DNA from: Podospora anserina
Lineage: Eukaryota
Reading direction: 5' to 3'
Length of the DNA: 64,000 bases
Assembly: GCA_017654855.1 (NCBI GenBank)
Contig: JAFMPO010000001.1
Location: 124,001-188,000, forward strand
The position numbers were made by a program, and so were the translations under genes. This document shows, one piece after another, positions 25,061-36,857 of the stretch. The number at the start of each line of letters is the position of its first letter. The first letter of the stretch is position 1. The notes beneath the pieces are model-generated. The model saw only the letters and a list, made by a program, of their open reading frames with translations, did no database searches and was not told where the DNA came from.

Positions 25061-25765
25061 TCAAGGGAAGTTGAAGGTGACATCCTGAGGGGTACGCCAC
25101 TTGCCCTTAGCCGCGTCATACGAAAAGTAAACTGGGTGCGAAGCCGGCATATCGTAAGACTGGATTGAGGTCGCCTGGTTGGAAATCATGGTGGCGGTCT
25201 GGTCGCCTTGCTGATACCAGATGTTGACGGTCTCAATCGGCTCATATTCTCCGTGGGAACCCTTCAAGAGCTTGTTGTTGCCAAACCAGATCTGCACGGT
25301 GATGAGTTAGCAAGGATAGAACAAGGATGTAGGCGAACAACTCACCGGTGTCCACATCTTGGTGCTGGGGTCTTGCACGCCGACAAGGACATGGACCGGA
25401 ACTTCGTAGTCGTTGGAGGCAATGTTCAGGGCATTCTCCTTGGCATTGGAGTTCTCCTGTGTGGCAGCCCAAACACCGTCCTGGGTCAGGGTGTAGGAAT
25501 CGCCCAGGTTGCACTGCTTCCATTTGCCACTGTAGGTGACGATCGCTCCTTGGGCCGGCATCTCGGTGGCCCAGTTGATGCCGTAAACCGTGGTCCACTG
25601 AACATTCATGTGGGGAGCGAGGAGCTTGGAGGCGTAGACCACATTGAACGAGGCTTTGCCGCCAGTTGCAACAGCTTTGGCGACCTGGAGCAGATACGCA
25701 TTGCCGTGCAATGTCTTGATGTCGGAGTCAGCCTCCTCGACCTGGACAGTATAGCGAGTCGTCAT
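25061..25765 (-). CDS. Hypothetical beta-rich cytoplasmic protein, 2 exons
   Basis: Strong C-ending codon bias. Intron 25345-25292 (GTGAGT...CTAAC...CAG) joins two ORFs in frame. TATAAA upstream at about 25885. Confidence 0.75.
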
Positions 25766-26214
25766 GATGGGCAGGTGTGTCTTGCTGATGGATGGATTCA
25801 ATAAAGTGAGTATGGGGAAAAGAAGATGTGTCTTCTGGAGATCTGAAGGACGTCTGAAGTTTGGCTGGGTAACAGAGCTCTTTATAGACCACTGAGTGAC
25901 AGTGGGCCTTCGAGGAACTCCGTGTTTTCAACCTTCCTCCTTGCCGCCGTGTACACAGGAAACCCCCAGGTACCCATCGACGGTGATCCATCGCATGCCA
26001 GTCAGAACCTTCGGCGTCAAATGATTCAACTGAGACTGGGTCTGTGGCGGGTGATAGGATCACTGCGAACCCTGTGTTTGAGATTTCATCATTAAACGAA
26101 CCGGATTGCCTCCACATCGTCATTCAGCCGACCATCTTACCTGTGGAGAGCCCTCAGCTCCCACGATGCCAACAATCTATTCCAGTTACGGATTTGACGG
26201 CAGTAAACTTTCCA

Positions 26215-27270
26215 TGTTCTGCAGCCGCCATCATGCACCACTGAACCTTCAGCTTCTGTCCTCCAAGCCAGACTCAGCTATCAAGCGACACTGGAACGTA
26301 CTGCCTGCAGCCCAAGTCATGCATCACTCAACTCTCAGCTTCTGTTGTGCAAGCCAGGCTCCCCAAACGAGGAAGAGAAGAGAGACACTTGCCGTACTGT
26401 GCACTCTGTTAATCCGTACCTTGTGGGGCTGCTTTTTCCTTGGTATACAAAGCCCTAACCCTGCAGACAGGTAACATTTTGCAATGTACCTTTTTCAGAT
26501 TTCATTGCAATACAGTCTTTGTTTCGCTTACCACGCACCTCACCAGTACGTTACGGTCATGGCTTTAACTTTGACGACAGCGAGGTGGGCCGTGGGTAGG
26601 TAGTTGACGGTAACTATGACGGTGATGGTGATGGTGACAGTGACGGCGACGGGGAACGGCGATGTAGCAATGGACAGTAATGGTGGTGTTTCCTACAGGT
26701 ATACAAAATTACGGGTGCGCTGTCGAAAGGTACATTGCACGTTCCCCACAAGGAACGGAAGTTCGGCAAGTGTGTCTCGAATAGAAACAACTATCACCCG
26801 ACCCCAGAGAGCATACTGAGATGCAGTTGCCGTCCTGCCTCGCCACCCGGCCTCAAGACGGAGACCACACAACTTAGACCTACCGTCTTTTAAACACGTT
26901 ACAATGCACAAACCAAAACCGTACAAACTGTAAATATTACTATTCCCAAAACGCCTTATTATCGCCGATAATCTTGACTTTTGTGTAGGCAGTATTTGGG
27001 CGTGTAAGCAACGGTGGTACCAGTTATTTCCGCTCTCGATGAATTCGTGGGCAGGGTGATCGCATAAGGTAAGGTAACCTTCAGCTTCAGTCCTCCAAGC
27101 CAGGCCTCCCAAAAGAGATATAAAACAGCTATCACTTGACGCTCGAGAACATCGACACTGATGCTCTGCGGTCGCCATCATGCATCAATAAACATTCAGC
27201 TTCTATCTTTCAAGCCAGGCCTCCCAAAAGAGAGATGCAACAGCTATCACCCGACGTTCGAGAACATAGC
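26215..27270 (+). repeat. Dispersed ~90-115-bp imperfect direct repeats with an inverted-repeat insert
   Basis: Motif CCATCATGCA..AAC(C/A)TTCAGCTTC...CAAGCCAG(G)C...CAGCTATCA recurs at about 26230, 26315, 27077 and 27175. Inverted pairs GAGACACTTGCCG / CGGCAAGTGTGTCTC and TGCAATGTACCTTT / AAAGGTACATTGCA lie between them. Confidence 0.6.
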
Positions 27271-27760
27271 GCATAGCCACTGTCGTTTGGCAGAACGTGG
27301 TTGGTCCGATGCCTGGCCGGTGGCACGGCCCATCCCGCAATTGTATTAGCCGTTTCACATCCGAGGAGCATTATGTCCGAGGATATTGTGTCTAGATCTT
27401 TTGATGCATTTACAAGGGGCTTGGGCCAATGATTTTCCAGACCAGCCAAAGCGCCATTCTCCCACCCGGCGGCAACAAACTGTATGCGTGCTTGTCGATA
27501 TAAGATGGGGGACGAGAATGTGTTTTCACATTGCTACCTAGGTAAGAAAGCAAGCCTCTACCATTATTGGATCAACATCCTGTTTGTTTGCAATACCTAC
27601 GTGGGACTTCACTTCCGTCCGCTGTGGTTCATTCACCTACCTACCTCTCTACCCTATCCACTCAGTCAGAGGTATGTGTCACGATACCTGTTTTTGAGGT
27701 CCACGGCTTTAATATTTTAACTAGAGTGCATCTGACCTTCGTTGTCCCAGATCGTTGACA

Positions 27761-28231
27761 ATGGCTTGGCCAGACGCCAACGTCGCTGATGCGATGGTCG
27801 AAGAGGCGATCAGCAACGGTGGCTGGAACGCCGTGCTGAGCAGCGTCTTCCCCTGCCCTACATGGCTCGTGGTGCCGGAGCAGCAAATGGCGCCGCGGCG
27901 CTTCGATCTTGCTTTGGTAAGGGTCGCCGACATCAAACTCATTCTCGCATTCGAAGGCAAGGGCAACAACTTCAACTGGGACAATCTTGCCGGCGAGGTT
28001 CAACAATGCTGTATCGCGACTCGGCCCCAGGGTTATCAAGGACGCAATTATGGGATGGGCGGTCGAGGACCTGAATGCCTCTTCCTTGAGTACAATGGCG
28101 CTCAAGCGTCCTACCTGTACGTCGACAATACGGCCACGGTTAGGACATCTCAGTATCGCCGCACATACCACATCACGACAGATCGAGATGAGATTAGGCA
28201 GATCCTCCAGTTCATCGCGGCTAAATTTTAG
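27761..28231 (+). CDS. Small protein with a PD-(D/E)XK nuclease-like motif
   Basis: Intact intronless 156-aa ORF with VVPEQ...RRFDLALV...LILAFEGK...LAGEVQQCC...YGMGGRG, which fits the E...D...ExK layout of the restriction-endonuclease-like fold. Confidence 0.6.
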   Translation: MAWPDANVADAMVEEAISNGGWNAVLSSVFPCPTWLVVPEQQMAPRRFDLALVRVADIKLILAFEGKGNNFNWDNLAGEVQQCCIATRPQGYQGRNYGMGGRGPECLFLEYNGAQASYLYVDNTATVRTSQYRRTYHITTDRDEIRQILQFIAAKF

Positions 28232-28300
28232 TCATGTATCAAAGTCATCATCGAGTCTTCTTCTCTAGCAAATCTACAATTGAGGTTATTATCTCGACTT

Positions 28301-28802
28301 TCACATCCCATCTTGTGAAGAAGTGGAAGGTTGGATGATGGTGTGGTTGCTCTCAGGGAAGGTATTACACCACTGATCCATCTCATCATACCATAGGTCT
28401 TGAAGGTAAGTCATGACAAGATAAGCTTGCTTTGGAGCGTCTGGATCTTCCATGTTCATGATGCGTCTGATTGGTCGCAAGAACTGGAGCATGGCGGGGT
28501 TGAATTTCGCACCGTCCTCGTCACGGGCAAGATGTGCGGAGCTGTAATCATCGTACACACGGTCGATGTGACGACGGACCCAGCTAGCTGCCGTGGCTGC
28601 ATGGCGTTTGCCCAAACGTACTAGATGTTTGAAAGATCGTGTGAGGGCTGAATTGTGAGTTAGTCAGTCATGCTGGACACGGCGATATAGGTCACTTGCA
28701 TAGGGGAGGGTAAGGTATGTACCTACGCTTGGCGAGGTAGGCCTCGGGAGTGAGCTGGCATGCGTACCCGATCTTGGAGTCACCCGGTGTACATGTATCC
28801 AT
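28301..28802 (-). CDS. Small hypothetical helical protein, 2 exons
   Basis: MDTCTPGDSKIGYACQLTPEAYLAK, then a phase-compatible intron (GTAGGT...CTAAC...CAG, about 28726-28649), then PLTRSFKHLVRLGKRHAATAASWVRRHIDRVYDDY. Confidence 0.55.
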
Positions 28803-29371
28803 TTGTCGGGAGAGGATGTGAGTGTTGAGTGTCAATGAGTTGGTTTAACGGTGTTTACCCGGGCAGAAGTTGAGATTGGTGTTGAGAGTTGGAAACCTTT
28901 GGCGGCCCACGATTAGAGAAACATGACTCGCGTCGTTGCAAGTCTAGTCTTGATCGGGTTAGCGTAGGTACCATAGTGGGACATTGTAGATCTCTTATAT
29001 TTGAAGAGGTATGCATTGCTGTCACTGAGATCGGGCTTCAAAACCAGTGCCGTGTCCTAGAGAATTTGCTCCTTTGAGCGTTTCAGCTGCGAGTCTTCCT
29101 CGGACCAAGACGTGACACCAGTCTGGATCGTACTCGTGAGAAGTTCTAGCAGGCTGTGCTGATGATTGTCTTCCAAGGACCGGACCTATGCCCTGGTTGG
29201 AGACCTAATGTATGGAAGGTACAACCCCTATTGTGATCTTGCCGTGGCCCGTAGAGACTTGTTTCTTATTCGTCATTTTGCACCTGCCCCACCAGACTAC
29301 CACCCCAATGTCCAACTCACAAACACTATGCACTCATTAGCCGACCTCAAGTTTAGCCCAACAACCCTAAA

Positions 29372-30346
29372 ATGGCCTCCGGAACCCTCGTCACCTGTCT
29401 CGCCGGCGTCGGAGTAGCCGCCGTGCTCCGGGTTCTATACTGGGCATCGCAATTCGTCCTCTACCACTTCTGGCGCCCTTCCAAACCCCTCACAGCCTAC
29501 AAGCGCACCAGCGGCGACAGCTACGCCCTCATCACCGGAGCCAGCGCCGGCATTGGTCTCGCCATCGCCCGCGCCATCGTCCGTCAAGGCTTCGGTGTTG
29601 TCCTCCTCGGCCACCTCCCAGACGAGCTTGCCTCGGCCGCCAAAAGTCTCAATCCCCCGCTTGTGCGCACCCTCGTCGTCAATGCCAGCACCGCGACCCC
29701 GGAGGAGCTCTCGGCAGCGGTCGAGGCCATTTCGGACCTTAATATCTCCATCCTCGTCAACAATGTCGGCGGTTTTCCCATGGCTGATCCGCCGATCCGA
29801 CCTCTCAGCACCCTCAGCACTGCCGAGGTGGATGGTTTCGTTGACATGAACGCCCGTTTCATGGCACGTCTGACGAATCTCGTCTTGCCGCTTCTTTCAT
29901 CAAAATCGACAAGACAAAATCACGAGCGGTCGTTAATTCTCAATGTTTCTTCGGCTGGCCGTGTTGGAATGCCATGGATTGTCATGTACAGCGCCACCAA
30001 AGCCTTCAACTACGCCTTCAGCATGGGTCTGTCGCGCGAGCTCGAGGATGATCCTGCCACAGCCCACATCGACTGCCTCGCTGTTGCGCCAGGCGAGGTG
30101 CAGAGCCAGGCCAATGTTATGGCAGAGGGTGCCGTTACCGCTGACGAGTTTGGGAGCTATGTTGTGGGAGGTATTGACGGGGCAGTGAAACGGAAGTGGA
30201 GGGAGGTGAGACCGTACTGGGGTCATGATCTCCAGCTTGGGTTAATGGACCGCGTGCTGCCTGACAGCATGTTGACGCATTTCTCGAGGGAGGAGTTGAG
30301 AGAGAAGAAGGTTATGTGGGATGCGATCATGGCGAAACGTCGCTGA
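29372..30346 (+). CDS. Short-chain dehydrogenase/reductase (17beta-HSD / very-long-chain ketoacyl reductase-like)
   Basis: ALITGASAGIG, ILVNNVGG, ILNVSS, YSATK; hydrophobic N-terminal anchor. Confidence 0.92.
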   Translation: MASGTLVTCLAGVGVAAVLRVLYWASQFVLYHFWRPSKPLTAYKRTSGDSYALITGASAGIGLAIARAIVRQGFGVVLLGHLPDELASAAKSLNPPLVRTLVVNASTATPEELSAAVEAISDLNISILVNNVGGFPMADPPIRPLSTLSTAEVDGFVDMNARFMARLTNLVLPLLSSKSTRQNHERSLILNVSSAGRVGMPWIVMYSATKAFNYAFSMGLSRELEDDPATAHIDCLAVAPGEVQSQANVMAEGAVTADEFGSYVVGGIDGAVKRKWREVRPYWGHDLQLGLMDRVLPDSMLTHFSREELREKKVMWDAIMAKRR

Positions 30347-30749
30347 TCTGCGTGGTGCCGGTATTGAAGGTTTAGGGATCTTTGGGCCATCCAAGTGTAG
30401 GTAGTTAAGGAGTCTAAATAGGGCAAACAATTTGTGATTCGTCTCGAATCAACAGTATAATGCAGAGCGCGAAAAGCTTTTAACCTCAAAGACCATGAGC
30501 CTGTGCCCCATCAACCAACTCCTTCAACACTTTTCGTGATGACGGAAACCAAGGCTCGACACCCTTGTTCTCTTTGAGATGAGCGGCTTCTTTCTCCAGG
30601 TCATAAGATCTGACTGCCACAGCCACCGGTGTCCTGCATTTTTCCTTCTGTAGATTAAAACCATCAATGCTTGATCGATGGCGGCATCATATCGTCTGTC
30701 CTTCGCCAGGCGCTCTTCAGTTGCGTAGCTCTCGGAATCGCTGTACCAC

Positions 30750-31235
30750 CGACTACGTGATGCCGCTGCCACCCTGTTCGGTGAGGGGGAGGACCTATAA
30801 GCACATTGCTGTGATTGGCCGCTCTACGAAGATGAGGCATTTTATCCCCACAGGAGGGCTCGACGCACCAGAGCTCGCAGATGCGTTCATTGAGCGAGTG
30901 TATTTACTACATGGATTACCAGAAACTATTGTGTCTGACAAGGGGGCCAGTTTGTATTAGCAATGTGGAAATCGCTCTCCACTCGCCTAGGAATTACGCT
31001 AAGACCGTACTTGGCCTATCACCCCTCCACCAATGGTCAGACAGAGCGCATTAGCGCTGAAATAGAACAGTACCTTCGACTTTATACATTCTGGGCCTAG
31101 GATGACTGGGCCCTGTGGTTACCGATAGCTAAATTTGCCGGTAATAATATGGTATTAGAGACAACGAGAGTATCTCTATTCTTCGCTAATTACGGCTTTC
31201 ACCCTAGTACAAGCGTTAAACCGATAACACTAGTG
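30750..31235 (+). mobile_element. Ty3/gypsy integrase fragment (degenerate)
   Basis: DYVMPLP...TKMRHFIP...AFIERVYLLHGLPETIVSDKG...AYHPSTNGQTER...QDDW..WLPIA.FA.N; stops present. Confidence 0.85.
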
Positions 31236-33249
31236 TGTGACGAACCCCTATCCAGAACCTCTAAAAGGGATACTGGTTGAAGGCACTTCTGAACAATCCT
31301 GGTTCGGTGCAGCTAAACAGTGCACAACAAGATGTCTCGATGTAAACACAAGATACCGTGAATACAAGCTGTGATTGCATACTGCGGAACTATCTACAAG
31401 CTATCTAGTTCCTCCGTATATATAGACCTTCCTTAGTAGTACTCATCATGCTCGGTCCCTGAGCAGGCCGAGCACACTGCTTCGTCGCTCAGTCCCCTGA
31501 GCGCACTGAGCGCCTCTGCCTCGCTGCTCAGTGCCCCGAGCACACTGAGCAGCCGTTCTTCCTCGTGATTGGCTCCCTGTCCTTATTCCCGATTGGATTT
31601 TGTTTCCTATGGCCCCACAGCCCTTTATAACCAATCGTAATTCTCGTCCTTGTACCAGGACTGTGACACGATGCTCCCCCCCTCAGGCCGACGTCCCGAC
31701 GGCCTAGCTTTACTTCTTCTTTCAACGACAACCTTCCCAGGTAAGTCTTTTTCCCTCTTTTCACTATCCTCCAACTATATCTAACCGCGTTAAGAAACCT
31801 ACGCCGAAAGGCCTTTCCAGCACCCTTCGTCGTCAGAATCTTGCAGTCGCCATTGACTTATTTGGTGACGAAATGCTTCCCTGTACTTCCTGCGAAACCC
31901 TTAACCTTACCGATTGCCGCGTTCTTGACCGTTCCTCCAAATGCAATCATTGTCTTCGTGCTAGTCGTCCCGACTGCGATGTCCTGGGTCTCACTCCCGC
32001 CCTAACGGCCTCCCTTCGTCGCCAAAAGGAGAAATTGGATGCCGAAGAGCAAGAGGCTCGCGCAACCATGTTACAGGCGGCGTCGAAACTTACTCGGGTA
32101 GATACCCAGCGTCGTACCTTATCCGCCAAGTTTCGTCGCATCGCAGCCCGCGAGCAGCGGTTGATTGAGGACTTGGAGCGGGAAGAGGCGCAAGCCGCTT
32201 CTTCCGCTAACCCCTCCTTGGTCCCTTCCTTCGACTGGACCTCCGCGTCGAACTGGCTAGATCCAAACCTCCCAATTGATCCGTCCCTCGACCTCCAGTC
32301 TGCCTTTGGCCCTCTTCCTGGCTCGACGGCCGGTTCTCCCCGGAGTTCCCCTCCTTTAGCCGTCCAGGGTTCCTCCGATGGAACTCCTTCAGCTTCTCAG
32401 GGCAACTAAGGTTCGTGACTGGCTCCCAAGAGTTATCCGTGGCTGGGTAGCCTAGCCAGCTAACCAAATATTCCAGTTGTCCGTCATTAATGCGAGAGTC
32501 TAGTACTTCTTCCACGTCGTATTCCTCTTTCTCGTCCTCGGCTTTTACTTGTGTGTCTGGGCTGGCCGCCCGTGGTGCCGGTTCTAAGAGCGAGATGTGG
32601 AAAGTGTGTGACCTTAGACGTATCGTACTGGGTAGCTCCAATTCGAATGCCGTCTCTGAGATCTTCCTTTTGACCTTGAATGGGCCCACTCTCCTGTGGT
32701 CCAGCTTTTTGCTAGGTCTCTTGGTGCGTAAATTGCGTGTGGAAAGGAATACTATGTCTCCCCCCCTAAGGCGAGGTCCTTCGAGCCTTTTGGTATTATA
32801 GTATTTCCGTATCCTTTCCCTTACAAACTCCAGTTCTTGCTTAAGCTTACCGTAGAGTATATGTAGCTTGTCTGCCTTGACCCCAGCCCTGGGTACCTTA
32901 ACGCTGAGTCCTTGCCGTAGGTCTGCCTTATATCTAAAGTTTACGAAGAACGGCGTGGCTTTAGTCGTCTCTATTAGTAATATATCATATATTAATTGTG
33001 CCGTAGGCAATAGTTCAACCCAATTATCCTGCTCGAAATTAATGCAATTCCGTAGGTACTATTTTACGATTGAGTTAAGCCATTCCGTTTAACCGTTTAT
33101 CTAAGGGTAGTAAGCCGAAGACGCCTTACTTACTACCCTTAGCCTCGTTATTAACGCTCTCTAAAACTTCGATACGAATTTAGTATTACGGTCTATAATA
33201 AACTCCTTTAGCTATATATATATTACTATAATATAGCGTAGTACTATAT
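31236..33249 (-). mobile_element. 3' part of a chromovirus-type Ty3/gypsy element: family-A 3' LTR (31236-31668), PPT, integrase C-terminus + chromodomain
   Basis: The LTR is closely preceded on the minus strand by purine-rich GAGGGGGGAG. The ORF has KKLDHRRVGPFKV, TFHISLLEP (GPY/F) and EYDVEEVLDSR...EYLVSWLGYPATDNSWEP (chromo). RIP-mutated toward 33249. Confidence 0.9.
31777..32409 (+). CDS. Antisense accessory ORF of the retroelement (Cys6-like cluster + coiled coil)
   Basis: CTSC...C...KCNHC...C followed by heptad-like LRRQKEKLDAEEQEA. The frame is open from ATA 31777 (possibly a RIP-mutated ATG); the first real ATG is 31873. Confidence 0.6.
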   Translation: MSNRVKKPTPKGLSSTLRRQNLAVAIDLFGDEMLPCTSCETLNLTDCRVLDRSSKCNHCLRASRPDCDVLGLTPALTASLRRQKEKLDAEEQEARATMLQAASKLTRVDTQRRTLSAKFRRIAAREQRLIEDLEREEAQAASSANPSLVPSFDWTSASNWLDPNLPIDPSLDLQSAFGPLPGSTAGSPRSSPPLAVQGSSDGTPSASQGN

Positions 33250-33831
33250 TGTCACGGTTCTGGAAGACAGTGGGGCCACCGGGGACCCATCAAGACTAGA
33301 CCGCGCGATCGACCGGGGCTCACGGTCCAGGTAGTGTTACAAGCCAACCTGTGCCCTATATAGTAGGGCCACTATTCTAGTATCCTTGTACTAGCTAGTA
33401 TATTGCTAGACTAGCCTCGTAGATAAATTAGTTTCTTCGTGCTACTTTATATAACGATCCTCTATTTAGAACCTCTAAAAGAAATAACAGTTGAAGGTAA
33501 CTTCTAAATAATAGATCGGTGTAGCTAAAAGGTACACAATAATAGACTTGTCTCCATCTCGTACTTATAGGCTTATACTAAAACTTATATTACAAACTAC
33601 GGAGCTGTCTATAGCTAGCTAGTTCATCCGTGTATATAGACCTTCATTCATCGTGCTTACTCTGCTTAGCTACTGAGCACGCTTCCCTTCGCTTAAGGGG
33701 TCCTTTTCTGTCTTATCCCTAATTACCTAGGTAGTCTCTGCTTGTCCTAGGCGTGGTAAGGCGAGGTCGAGGAGTTCCACTGTACCGTAGGGACTAATAA
33801 ACCTAGTTGAATCTTCGGTAAAGGCGTGACT
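33250..33831. mobile_element. Nested LTR fragments (TGTCAC start at 33250; RIP-mutated family-A LTR about 33450-33831)
   Basis: TATAACGATCCTCTATTTAGAACCTCTAAAAGAAATAACAGTTGAAGG is a RIP-mutated version of the family-A conserved half. Confidence 0.7.
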
Positions 33832-33845
33832 TAAGGTAGCATACC

Positions 33846-34272
33846 TGTCACAACCCTGGTATATGGACGAGAATAACGATTGGTGGTGGAACCACGGGAG
33901 CAGGGACCAATCGGGGAAACACCCAGGGGAGCCAATCACAGTAAGGAACGACTGATCAGTGTGCGCTGGGCACTGAGCAGGCCAGGCAGGATTTATCAGT
34001 GTGATCAGGACACTGATCAGGCTGAGCAGGAATGATCAGTGTGCTCGGGGCACTGATCAGAGGAATCACGGTTGGGAAAAGAGGTCTATATATACGGAGG
34101 AACTAGATAGCTCGTAGATAGTTCCGCAGTATGCAATCACAGCTTGTATTCACGGTATCTTGTGTTTACATCGAGACATCTTGTTGTGCACTGTTAGCTG
34201 CACCGAACCAATAGTCAGAAGTCGCCTTCAACCAGTATCCCTTTCAGAGATTCTGTACAGGGGTTCGTCACA
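33846..34272 (+). mobile_element. Intact family-A solo LTR with a 5-bp target-site duplication
   Basis: ATACC-TGTCACA...GGGGTTCGTCACA-ATACC; internal CACTGATCAG repeats; TATATATA box. Confidence 0.92.
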
Positions 34273-34417
34273 ATACCACGATCATGAAAACGTGCTAGCA
34301 AAGTTAGCAGCTATCCGGTTATAAAAAAGTAGAATTGGGCAATTGACTATTATGTACCTTGGGAATGTATTCTCCATATATGCTACATTGGCACTAGAAT
34401 CCCGAAATTCATTTCTA

Positions 34418-36192
34418 CCGCCCCGTTTTATTTTCAAGTTTTATTTTCTGTTGGCGCTTATGCGCCTGAGGCTATTGGAAGGTGGGGGGAGTGAATGTAA
34501 AAATGGGAAGATTTCCATTCCTTAGTTTTAGCCGTATGTCTTCCAGAATCAGCATTGGATTTCCCTCGAAATGATAGTCTGGATGTTGGTGGTCGGAGGG
34601 ACGAGGGCCAGGTAGCACAGGTGGTCAAGGTTCCACTGCCCAAGATATTAATTCCTTAACAGTGGACCTCTCACTGTCTAATTCAACAGGATCCAGGCAC
34701 CTGACTACCCGTGCCCCAAGAAGCCCCACTCTTTTTCGACCACGCAAGCAGGGCACTCGGGCAAAGATCAACTCATCGTCACCAAGCGCAAAAGAGCTCA
34801 CCTCTTGATGTCGTGGTCTTTCAACCGCTCAAGCACTACCATGTCAAGGTCCTGGATGTGTTGATTCGTGATGGCCTCACAAACATCACCAAGATCGAAT
34901 TCCTGGGTATGATACAGGGGGTGCGCTCCCAGGCCTTCAAAAAGACAACCATCCTTTCGGCCTTTGCCAAAACTGGCATCTGCCCATTTGATCCCGCTGT
35001 TGTACTCGTTGATTTGCGTCAGCGGGTGCGGCCAATCACCCTCCCCCCCTATGCCTCACCACCCTGCCTCATCCCCCTTTAACACACCTGTCACACTTCG
35101 TCAGATGAACAAGGTGGCTGATAAGGTGTGAAATTCACTGCCAGAGGATCTGCCTGAGGAAGTCTTCGATGACGTGGGAAGGTTCATCAGGGCATCGCTC
35201 ACATCGGCCGCTGAGCTCATCCAGACGAAGAGGGACCTGGGCGCCACACAAATGGCCCAGGCAGTTGCAAGGGCCCGCAGAGCGGCAAAAGGGCGCCCCT
35301 TGCAATCAGGGGGGGTGCTTACAGTGGCCGACGGGAGGCAAATGGTCCAAAGGAGGGATGACGAAGCCCTCACCAAGGCCAAAAGGATGGTTGAAGCTGC
35401 GAAGCAAAAGTTCCACAACCACCGGAAAAGGACAATTGTCGAAGCCGCAAAGGCCGCTCGGAATTGGTACAGTACTGGGAGGCTTAAGCCGGCCGAAATT
35501 GTGGACGGATCCGGGGTTTTGAAGCGGTCTTACACCTGAAATACTGTAAAATAATCAATTGTATTGATTGACTTGGCTTAACTTGTCTTAAGGAGAGAAA
35601 GAAGCAAGAAGACCATCATAACAGGAAGAGGGCTCTTTATGAGCACCTGAACTTCCTTATTATCCTTATCGCTCCCTATCGCTCAGTGGGCCCAGTTGGC
35701 TTGGATCCATGATTTGGTAAGGTTACAAGGGAGCCAAGTTACCGATAAGGTACTTGTATTGCTCGTGAGGCTGCAGGGAGCAGTTGGGAACGATTCAGGG
35801 GCCCGTTGGGAGCGATGTGGGCACAGAATCAATAATAGTGAGATTGCTGGAAAATTCCACGAATGAGTGCTGCATTTTATTAACATGAACCATAACGCTC
35901 GCAGCGGGCCACAGAGTTTTCTGCCACAGCTGCCACAATGAACTGAGTCACAGTGCTCTCTGCCACAGGACTATCAACAGGTTTGAAGCCATGGCGTTTT
36001 CACTCACTGGAATCAACTGAACACCCAGACTGTCACTTCCAGGGAAATCCGATACAGATTTCGGAAGACATACTGCCAAAAACTGAGGAAGATTTCTCTC
36101 CCTATCTTCTACATTCACACCCCTCAGTCTTCCAATAAACCTGAAGCATATAAGCGTCGACAGAAAATAGAAATCGAAAATAAAACGGGCTG
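34418..36192 (+). mobile_element. Internally deleted pogo/Tc1-mariner DNA transposon with long imperfect TIRs
   Basis: TA-CCGCCCCGTTTTATTTTC ... GAAAATAAAACGGGCTG-TA; inverted similarity extends about 170 bp. Internal DDE remnant PLDVVVFQPLKHY...AFAKTGICPFDP and a C-terminal GGVLTVADG. Confidence 0.75.
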
Positions 36193-36857
36193 TAGAATAT
36201 AGAGGTACTTGGGTACATCGAGCTTGCATTTTCCGGCTCTCAGGCGGAATGATGATGAAGCATAGCTCTTTGTATATCTGGACATTTACCACTCCGATCT
36301 TCGAAGCCGAAACCAAGATCATATGTGTGCTATCGCAAGGAATGCGTTTTGCTGAGGATTCAGCCGAGAGAGACTGGATCACGTTTGGATGTCCGTGCAC
36401 GTTTGTGCTGGACTTGGCTCATCACTGCAGCACAGCCCAGGCCCTTACCTCAGGTATATAGTCGTTTCCTCCCCCTAGCCTACCCGCAAATCTCGGGTCT
36501 TGGGGTTATCGATATTGGGGCAATATGCTATAATCCTGTAAGATCTGGACGGCTTTTGGAAAACCGGCGGTAGGACGGACCAGCCCCTTCTCAAGTGCGT
36601 GCTGTTCTGTCTACCACATTATCTCTGCTCCGTAGGAGGACGTGCTATAGAGTGTCACAGGTAGGACCGGTTAACAGGTTGATGACAGTAGTATTCCGCC
36701 GGCTACGGGCAGGCTCTATTGTCAAGACGTAGCTCAAGGAGCTACAAACAGGACTGGAGTCGCACACGTCCCTCCTCATGAGAACTTTGTGGGAATGGCG
36801 GGATTAGTTGAATCGGGCGGTGCGAGCCAATTAATCCGTCAATCACGTGAGGCTGCT

